Shown: positions 43,026 to 64,000 of the stretch, piece after piece
How positions within the stretch are numbered: position 1 is the stretch's first letter
Layout: each line of letters opens with the position of its first letter
Assembly (NCBI GenBank): GCA_965153355.1
Contig: OZ231126.1
Location: 37,448,001 to 37,512,000 of the forward strand
Origin: Flaccisagitta enflata
Lineage: Eukaryota
Reading direction: 5' to 3'
DNA length: 64,000 bases
Translations under genes and position numbers: made by a program
The notes under the pieces: model-generated
Told to the model about the DNA's origin: nothing
Database searches by the model: none
Seen by the model: the letters and a program-made list of their open reading frames with translations, nothing else

Positions 43026-45499
43026 GACAGATAGACACACACACTCAAACATGTGAATATTGTAAACAAGTGCAACTCCAAGTCTAGCGCGGAAACTTGC
43101 TTGTTAACAAATCCTAAGAGAAAAGTTATCTTTCTTCGAAAACCTTATAGCTCGGTTTTTTTTTTTTTTTTTTGAAGCAAAAAACTAAGGCTAAATATTG
43201 AAGGGCAGTTAACGGCTGTTTTGTTAATGTTTCATTTAATAATCAGTATTAATTAATTAATCAGGAAAAAAGTCAAAGTCAGTCTTCGACTTTTTGACAT
43301 ATTCTAGAGAAACATGGTTTTCATTTTCTTATGCAAAAGTTTAGGAACTCAATTGAGCAAATGTGCCCTCAATTAAAATTGAAAGGGTAAGTAAATTCAA
43401 TGATTTTCTTTCATTTGGCGCCAAACAGAATGCTCTACGACAAATCATTTTTGCGTCATGATTTTTAGTCGCGTGCACGCGACTCTACAACACCCCCTTT
43501 GTCCGTCTGTCTGTCTGTGTCTGTCGGTCGGTTGGTAACACTTTGTATTTTTGGCTTTGACGGGCCTTTTTGGGGTTACTGCTCCTGCCCAACTACTTGG
43601 TTGATCTATTTCATCACCGCCCCTGCCCACCTGCACGCAACATAGGTGTTTAAAGATTTATTTACGGAAAATTTGATTTTTCATGATTTATGGGAGGATC
43701 AATAAAAGTGTATTTATGTTTGTTTGAGCATGAAAAAACAAGAAATCATGTTTATGAGCATAGCTGCTCAACTGTAAGGGCGTTTTTGAGCATTCTAGCT
43801 CATTTTAGCTGATTGAACTCATTTTTTTGAACATTGTGGAACATTTTTGAACATTGTGGAACATTGTGGAACATTTTAGAAATTGCGTTGTGAAAAGTCA
43901 AATCAGGCATGATCCGCATGATATGCAATGTTCTGTAATAATGAACAAGTTTTTTACTTAAGATATATAGATTATAGAATATCATCAATGTATTTATACA
44001 CTTTTTTTCTTTTTTTACACGTCGAAACACTAAGCGCCGAACCAGCACAGTATTATACAGGGCACAGTATGTCAAAATTCAAGAAAAAAAAAACGCCAAA
44101 CCTAATCTTTAGTCTATATGCTTCCATTCAACCAGCCACAAGATCCTATCTTGACCGGAAGTAGGTGCCCACTATGTAACCGCCTGGACTCTGGCTCTGG
44201 AAGCAAAAACGGCCAATTTAGTAATAATTTAGTAATGAAAAAAATAATGAAATAATGATTAGAGCTGAAGTGTATTGGTTAGTGTGGAAGGGACCCATCA
44301 CAATTTTTGATCATTATGGGCTTTTGGGGGCTCAGGGGGGGGTAAAAATTGAGTTACAGGACTGATTTTGCTTGAAATAGAGGTGGTCAGTACTTTTATT
44401 TTTTTTTAAAGCTATGTACACCAAAATATTAAGACCAGATTATGGTTGAAATATGTAGAGGAGACTATGAGGTTTCATAATCAGGTTTCCATATATTGGT
44501 ACAACTCATAGTTTTTGCAAAATACTAAAAAATGTATTTTTTAAAAATCAATGAGCAACTTACTATAAAAATCCTATGGAGGGGGGACGAGCAAAAAAAT
44601 CAGTTTTATTTTTTTTAAGCTATGTACACCAAAACATTAAGAACATTTTTTTTGGCAATTCTTACTCTTTAGTGATGGTCTATCAGGGACAGGTTCCCAT
44701 ATAATGTTCCAGCATCCACAATTGCAAGTAATATATCTTGCTATTTTACTTCATAAAGGATTCAGATCAGCTCAATTATAATTTCTCATCTTTAATACCT
44801 TCTTTTGATATATTGCTATTGAAAAAACCTCATTCTTATGAATAGTGGATAAAGGAATGTACGTGTATGACTAGGTAGTGGTGGAGAGGTGAATTATTTG
44901 TGGGAAGGAGAGGAGGAGGAGGAGGAGGAAGAAGAGACAGCAGTGGCATTAGATTGAAAAAATTCACAAATTTATAAATAAGACCAAGTTTATTTTCATA
45001 TTCTTGTTGAGTGGGTAAGATGAATTTTCATTATGTGTCAAGGTGGTAGTAGTGGTAGGAGGAGGAGGAGGAGGAGGAGGAGGAACAGCAGAAGAAAAAA
45101 GAAGAGGTTAATAGGTAATGTGCACAAGTTGTGCAAGGTGGACTAAGCTCATTAACATTTTGCTAATAGCGAGTGAAAGAATGTGTAGAAGGGTGGTTCT
45201 GAAGGTGGGAGCTGAGGAGGAGGAGGAGGAGGAGGAGGTGTAGTAGAGGGCAGTAGCCAAGTGAAAAATTGCTCAAAATGATGATCATTGACAAATTCTT
45301 GTTCATAGCGGGAAAATGTGCTACGTAAGACAAGATGGTGGTGAAGGTGGTGGTGGAGCTGTGGAGGAGGAGGAAAAGGTGGTGGTTAAGAGAACGAGGC
45401 CAAAACCTAAAAATTACATGTGAGGCTTAAACAAGGTTGGATACACGGCAATCCAGTCGCGGACAGTTGGGCAGGAGCAGTAATGCAAAAACCGCAAAT

Positions 45500-46160
45500 C
45501 TCCATGATATTGCTTGCCAAGGCTAGCTTGGCCCAAGCAAGGTTGTGTATAGGCATGAAGATATCATTTGACTAAAAAAGATGTGCAAAAAAGCTTATTT
45601 TCCTCAAAATTGCCATATTTCGGCCATTTTTTGGGCCCTTAGGGCCTGTGAAACTCTATGATATTGCTTGCCAGGGCTAGCTTGACCCCACCAAGGTTGT
45701 ACATAGGCATGAAGATATCATTTGACCATCAAAAATTAGCAAAAAAGCTTATTTTGCTCAAAATTGCTTTTTTTTGGCCATTATTGGGACCTTAGAGTCC
45801 TCTGGGGCCCATACAGCTCATTGATATTGCTTACCAGGGCTAACATGACCCTATTAAATTTATATAAAGAAGTAAAGATGTCATTTGACTAAAAATAATG
45901 AGAAAATAAGCTTTTTTTCCTCAAAATAACTATTTTTGGACTATTTTTAGGCCCTATGGAACCTCTGGGACATAAGCTCCATGAGATTTTGTTTGCCAGA
46001 GTAAGCTTGATGGCAAAAGGTAGTACATGAGCATGAGCTCATTTTTAATGTGAGAACTGAGCAAAATGTTTTCTGCAGTCAGCGTTTTGGGCCTTTTGGG
46101 AGGCCCTTAAGGTCCTCTGGGGCCAGTAAAACTGTGATAATGCTTACCTGGGGCTAGTAG
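45500..46160. repeat. Degenerate ~155-bp tandem repeat (4-5 units)
   Basis: A GATATTGCTTGCCAGGGCTAGCTTGACCC-like motif recurs at ~45507, 45660, 45823, 45983 and 46136. Confidence 0.75.
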
Positions 46161-47309
46161 CTCAACAGGTGGTTCAACGACTTAAGTGTGTGTTTTCATC
46201 ACAAAATGGGCAAAAAAGCATTTTCACCAAATCAACATTTAGGGGCCCCATAGGGACCCTGCAGAGACCACAATATAAAGCTGGATATTTTCCTTGTTTT
46301 AGCTTCTAATACACTAATGGGTTTATTATTACAAAAAAAAATCCATCATTATTAAACAAATAAATCTCTAGTAATATTTAAAACTAAAAACAATTTTAGA
46401 ACATTGATATCTAAAACACAAAAATTAATGAAAATTATTGAGTTGAAATGTAGTGTCTCTGTATAAAAAGAAAGTGTAGTAGTTAAAAAGATTACGATTC
46501 TTTCTGGATCAAATACCATGCAATCTTTCACACGTGTTCATATTTTGATAACCTTCAAATAACAGTTGTCTTCTAATAAGTTTCCAGAGCACAGGTTTCA
46601 TTAGTCTGTTGGTAACATACACCCCGGTTAGAAGTTGTCAATGACACATGCACTAAACCATAAGGCATGAACTCTTTTTTCCCCAGCCACTGAAGAGGCA
46701 GTTGCGTCCTGAGGAAGAGGCCGTTTCCAGGCCTGAGAGGGCAGATTTCAGGCCTAAGAGGGCCTTGGGAGACTAACGAACGGATGGCCAAACGGACGGA
46801 CGGACGAGCGAAAGTCCCCTTGCGTTCTACAGGAGTTGGTCCCCTTTGGGGCCGCTGCCCAAAAACCATTACTGATTTTTCTACATCGTTTTTAGGACCC
46901 CTGCGCAAAAAATTGTGGTGGGTTTTCACTCCGGGTTTTTGTCCGTTTGAGCGTCAAATCTGTCTCTTCAGGCCATAAACCTGCCCTCTTAGACCTTGAA
47001 TAAGGCCACTTAGGCTTCAAACCAGGCCCAAAGGGGACGAAGTCCTGAAGAACACAGGGGGAATCTGTCCATCCATCCGTCTGTACGTCCGTTCGTTTGT
47101 CCCCCCATCCCTAGGGCTTTGTCTCCTTTGGGGCCCAAAACCTAAGCAAAATGGCCTAAAACTGGCTAGAAAACCTGAATTCTGGTCTGAGTTCCATCAT
47201 GTTGGGCCCTTAGACCTGGGTTCTGGCGTCTGATACCCAGATTCTGGCTTCTAAAACCCACATCCTATCCTCAGAGACCCAGATCTTGATCACTTCATAT
47301 AAATCTTAC

Positions 47310-59931
<12,622 letters not shown>

Positions 59932-61305
59932 ATTTTCTCATTTAATTCGACAGATCGTTCTATCTTTAATTTTAAACGATGTAGCGTTGAGGAGAGAGGA
60001 TGAAATATTCTCCATTCCCAAGTAAGCATATGACATCGAGTGGATTGAACCAAGGATGATTTTTGTAAGATGGGACTGTTAGCGGGATCTCCGTCGCCTC
60101 GTTCGTTACTTGTGGCTGCGTTCATGAAGTGAAATTTTATATTTGTGGTATGACACGGGATAATCTAGGGCGGAATTTCTTATTCATGCAAAATTAAAGA
60201 TTTTTTTGTGATTGCAGATTTTTTTCTGATATTTTTGGAAAAGGCTATTCTATACCTTAGGTTAAAACATATTTCGCATCAGGGATAAGGATGCGATCCG
60301 GGATGCGAATGCGAACGCACAGGATGCGCATGATTTAGCTAAACGCGAATAGGGATGCGGATGCATTTAATGAAATATGGGAGTGGATGCGAACGCGCAT
60401 CCTTACCAAAGCGTTCGCATCAATGCGCTTTTGCATTTGCCTTGTCCTAAACCTTTAAACCCAAAACATGCAGACATTGAAAAAAATGACATTCCTACAC
60501 GTTTTATTCTCCTAGCTCTTAAATTTTTCTTTCTTTCTCTTGTCCATCCATCCCTTTGTTCGTTGGTTTTATAAGATGGTGCCGATGGTGCGACCCGGCC
60601 CTGTTAACTTGTTTTAGTTGCCGAAACACATCTCTATAAGAGGCTTTGTCTGTCCATTCATCCGTTGGTCCGGTGGTCTATTGGTCCGTTGGTCTATCAG
60701 TGTGCGCGCTCCTACGCGCTTCTGCGATGCTCTTTTTGATTTGATGCGTTTAACTCACCTACCTTCCGTTTAACTTACCCCTGGTGAGACGCCTTGTCAT
60801 TAATTTGATACTCGACCAAAATGGAAACAGATTTGCTCTTTAAGGACGGCAGAGATTTTCTTTATAAGAACATACGATCTATGGCTAGTCTATTTGTCTC
60901 TTTCGTGTCCATTTCTTTCTATTATGCGTCTATTTTGTGTCAATGGTAAAGAAATTGACAAGTTTCTAATGGTTCTCTCATTTTCCCCATTTCAGATGAT
61001 AAATGATACATGAATTTTATCATTGTTTACCTCGATACCCCTAAGTCAGGACCGAGTTGAAGTTTTGCAGGTATAAGCATTTCCAAGGCTTGTAATACTG
61101 ATACACATTGATTCTTGTAAACAATTGCTTGTTTATAAATAATTCATTGTTTATAATAAAACATTTTTGCAGACCCAGTAACCGTCTCTGCATTTACTAC
61201 TACTGCCGAAGAAAGGGGGGATCGCGGACAAGCTTCAACTCGATGGCTTCGCTGACGTCATTCCGGTCCGGGTGGTGATGTCATTGGCAGCGACGCTACG
61301 AGAAA

Positions 61306-64000
61306 ATGGACGTCGTCAGCAACGACGTCAATGCGTTGGTGGACCGTCTCCAGCTTCCGGCGCTCCATCAACAACTTTGTGAAGCGTTCTTCTCTGCATC
61401 AAGGACGCCGTCGGCGGAGAATATTTTATGTCTTCAACAATGTCACATCGCGGCGAAAAATGCGTATAACGCCGCAATTTCAGCTGCATATCGAACTTTG
61501 CCAAGTGAATCAATCAGTTTCTTTGTGACCACCGTGTATCCATGTTGCGTCCTCATCGAAGAATCGCGCCGTTATTTGGAAACTCTGCTGCCCATGATGC
61601 GTTTATCGCCAACTCCGACTTCCGGAAAGACTGAAACCCCAAAGGCGGGAATCGACGGGAGTGATAGAGAAGGAGAAGGTGAGGGTGTTGACATCATTGG
61701 AAGTGGTAGTAGAGGCGGCCGAGATAGAGGGTTGGAAGGTGGTGGCGGTTGTAATGATACTCACATTTGGCGAAGACCAACTATCTCTTCTCCCATTCCA
61801 ACGCCAAAGGCGTGTTTGACACAACCTCCATCCATCGCCGTCGATGGACTCGACTGCGAAAGAGTAAGTGATGGTGGTGGTGGCGTTTTAGGTGGCGGTG
61901 GAATTGAAAGTGGAGGTGATAGTTTTACTGATTCTGTTTCATCCCCGTCTCCAACGATCAATACTGATTCCCCAAAGTCGACTTCTCCCGCTGAAAGGAA
62001 AAGCGGGAGTGACAGGAGTGTCGGTGGGAGTGGAATGGTCATTATGGTTGGTGATGGCGGAGGTGACGGTGGAGACGGTGGTAGTGATTCACACGTCTCC
62101 CATTTTCTCTCTCCAACCAAGACGCAGTTGCAGAAACATTCATCAACTAAAGCCAAAAGTAACGGCAGTAATGGTGGAGGTGACAGCGTCTTTGGAAGTG
62201 TTGGAGGTGATGACGGAGGAGGTGATTGCCGAGCCAAAATCGAAGCATCATCAAAACAACCCCGTCAACAACAGCAACATCAGGATATCTGCGACGACAT
62301 CAAAGAATCCATCTATTCCCCTCTTCCGACGACTAAAGAAAAGTCGTCATTTGAATATTCTCTTACATTCGTCAATAGCAAAGTAAAGAGAGGATTTCAC
62401 GAGTCTGCGATGGAACCTCTCAATTCTCATTCAGCTTCTCTTTCATCTCATCCTCTACCCATCGCGCATAAAGGTCGAAGTGACAGCGTCGTAGGTGGGA
62501 GTGATGATAGACATGATGATAGTGATGTCCATCTTATTACATCGGCGAAGCAAAAGAAGAAAGCATTCGTCAATAGAGAAGTAAAGAGAGGTTTGGAGAT
62601 AGAGAAAACAAAAGGAGGATTTCACGAGTCTGCGATGGAACCTCCCAATTCTCATTCAACTTCTCTCTCATCTCATCTTCCTCCCAATGATTATTCGACG
62701 ACGATGACGACGACGACGTCGCCGTTGGATCCATCAACTTCATCTTCATCTAGTTCATCGTTCATCTCGATGTCAAAGGCGCGTAAAGGTCGTAGTGACA
62801 GCGTCAGAGGTGGAGGGGACAATATCAGAGGTGGAGGTGACAGCGTCCAAGGTGGAGGAACTGATGGTGGTGATAGTGATGTTCATCTTATCACTTCGAC
62901 GAAGCAAAAGAAGAAAGCAATCGTCAAAATGAAAAAAGTGGAAAGGAAAAAGAAACAGAATGAAAGAATTCACGAGTCTGCGATGAAATCTTTCTCTTCT
63001 TCACCTTCTCTGCCATTTCATCTTCCGTCGTCAGTAAAGAAGAAAGCGACGTCGGACTCCTTATTGGTCTCCTTTTCTCCTGGCAAGTCGTCTTTGGCCT
63101 CTTCTCCTGGCAAGTCGTCTTTGGCCTCTTCTCCTGGCAAGTCGTCTTTGGCCTCTTCTCCTGGCAAGTCGTCTTTGGCCTCTTCTCCTGGCAAGTCGTC
63201 TTTGGCCTCTTCTCCTGGCAAGTCGTTTTTGGCCTTTTCTCCTGGCAAGTCGTCTTTGGCCTCTTCTCCTGGCAAGTCGTCTTTGGCCTCTACTGGCAAG
63301 TCGTCTCTGGCCTCTTCTACTGGCAAGTCGTCTTTGGCCTCTACTGGCAAGTCGTCTCTGGCCTCTTCTACTGGCAAGTCGTCTTTGGCCTCTTCTCCTG
63401 GCAAGTCGTCTCTGGCCTCTTTGACTGGCAAGTCGTCTCTGGCCTCTTCTCCTGGCAAGTTGTCTCTGGCCTCTTCTCCTGGCAAGTCGTCTCTGGCCTC
63501 TTCTCCTGGCAAGTCGTCTCTGGCCTCTTCTACTGGCAAGTCGTCTCTGGCCTCTTCTACTGGCAAGTCGTCTTTGGCCTCTTCTACTGGCAAGTCGTCT
63601 CTGGCCTCTTCTACTGGCAAGTCTTTGGCCTTATCTCCATGGGACATGAGAAAGTCCCACTCGTTTTCTCCTTGGAACAATTCTGTGGCGTATGCCTACG
63701 CCAATTTGCCATCTGCTCTCGTGGCTTTATTCAAGTTGCCATCTGCTTTCGTGGCTTTATTCAAGTTGCCATCTGCTGTTGTGGCTTTTCAAGTGCCACT
63801 TTCCGTTGTGGATTTTTGCGTGGCACCTTCCGTTGTGGTTTCTCAAGTGCCACCTTCCGTTGTGGAATCTCTATTGCCATCTCCCCTCGTGCCATCTCCT
63901 CTCACGTCTCAACAATCTCCATCTTCTTCCCGTTTTTCCGGAGGGACCCAACAGGGTTTTCATGTTTTTCAAAGCAGTGAGAATCATATTTCTACTCCGA
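61306..64000 (+). CDS. Large uncharacterised protein (>=898 codons, 3'-incomplete): ~100-aa helical N-terminus, G/S/D-rich disordered region, SSPGKSSLA repeats
   Basis: Hand translation from ATG 61306 (MDVVSNDVNALVDRLQLPALHQQLCEAFF...) finds no stop up to the window end. There is an in-frame TGA upstream at 61276 and an acceptor tttttgcag| at ~61173. It is probably missing from the ORF track because it has no stop in the window. Confidence 0.8.
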   Translation, partial: MDVVSNDVNALVDRLQLPALHQQLCEAFFSASRTPSAENILCLQQCHIAAKNAYNAAISAAYRTLPSESISFFVTTVYPCCVLIEESRRYLETLLPMMRLSPTPTSGKTETPKAGIDGSDREGEGEGVDIIGSGSRGGRDRGLEGGGGCNDTHIWRRPTISSPIPTPKACLTQPPSIAVDGLDCERVSDGGGGVLGGGGIESGGDSFTDSVSSPSPTINTDSPKSTSPAERKSGSDRSVGGSGMVIMVGDGGGDGGDGGSDSHVSHFLSPTKTQLQKHSSTKAKSNGSNGGGDSVFGSVGGDDGGGDCRAKIEASSKQPRQQQQHQDICDDIKESIYSPLPTTKEKSSFEYSLTFVNSKVKRGFHESAMEPLNSHSASLSSHPLPIAHKGRSDSVVGGSDDRHDDSDVHLITSAKQKKKAFVNREVKRGLEIEKTKGGFHESAMEPPNSHSTSLSSHLPPNDYSTTMTTTTSPLDPSTSSSSSSSFISMSKARKGRSDSVRGGGDNIRGGGDSVQGGGTDGGDSDVHLITSTKQKKKAIVKMKKVERKKKQNERIHESAMKSFSSSPSLPFHLPSSVKKKATSDSLLVSFSPGKSSLASSPGKSSLASSPGKSSLASSPGKSSLASSPGKSSLASSPGKSFLAFSPGKSSLASSPGKSSLASTGKSSLASSTGKSSLASTGKSSLASSTGKSSLASSPGKSSLASLTGKSSLASSPGKLSLASSPGKSSLASSPGKSSLASSTGKSSLASSTGKSSLASSTGKSSLASSTGKSLALSPWDMRKSHSFSPWNNSVAYAYANLPSALVALFKLPSAFVALFKLPSAVVAFQVPLSVVDFCVAPSVVVSQVPPSVVESLLPSPLVPSPLTSQQSPSSSRFSGGTQQGFHVFQSSENHISTP
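63073..63630 (+). repeat. Coding 27-bp (occasionally 24-bp) tandem repeat, ~21 units
   Basis: TCTTCTCCTGGCAAGTCGTCTTTGGCC; all length variants are multiples of 3. Confidence 0.93.

Noticed and set aside
63018-63680. - strand ORF of DDLPGEEAK repeats
   Set aside because: It is confined to the repeat, whereas the + frame is open for 2.7 kb across and beyond it; treated as an antisense shadow.

Overview
Repeat-rich eukaryotic DNA, most likely from an invertebrate metazoan (spliceosomal GT-AG introns, very dense microsatellites). I rebuilt exons by hand from splice signals and reading-frame phase. Genes found: (1) the last two exons of a PAN/apple-domain protein (- strand, 5.9-9.1 kb); (2) an orphan + strand terminal exon resembling an M1 aminopeptidase C-terminus (12 kb); (3) a three-coding-exon Maf-family bZIP gene (+, 16.0-18.6 kb); (4) OSER1 (+, 20.0-21.5 kb); (5) an unknown, mostly disordered protein (-, 22.7-27.8 kb, 5' end not found); (6) the 5' half of an unusual M1 aminopeptidase-N-like gene (-, 47.3-59.9 kb) with a long N-terminal extension, an in-frame ~100-residue poly-Asn insert and no findable GAMEN/HEXXH exons; (7) a >=898-codon + strand ORF, missed by the ORF track, that runs off the window and carries about 21 SSPGKSSLA-type repeats. 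The rest is tandem satellites, a LINE endonuclease fragment, several non-autonomous Helentron-like (HINE/DINE-1-type) families that carry satellites, TA-flanked MITEs, a Chapaev-like MITE and a 3.5-kb foldback element. No rRNA, tRNA or CRISPR array was seen. All calls are by eye; no database searches were run.
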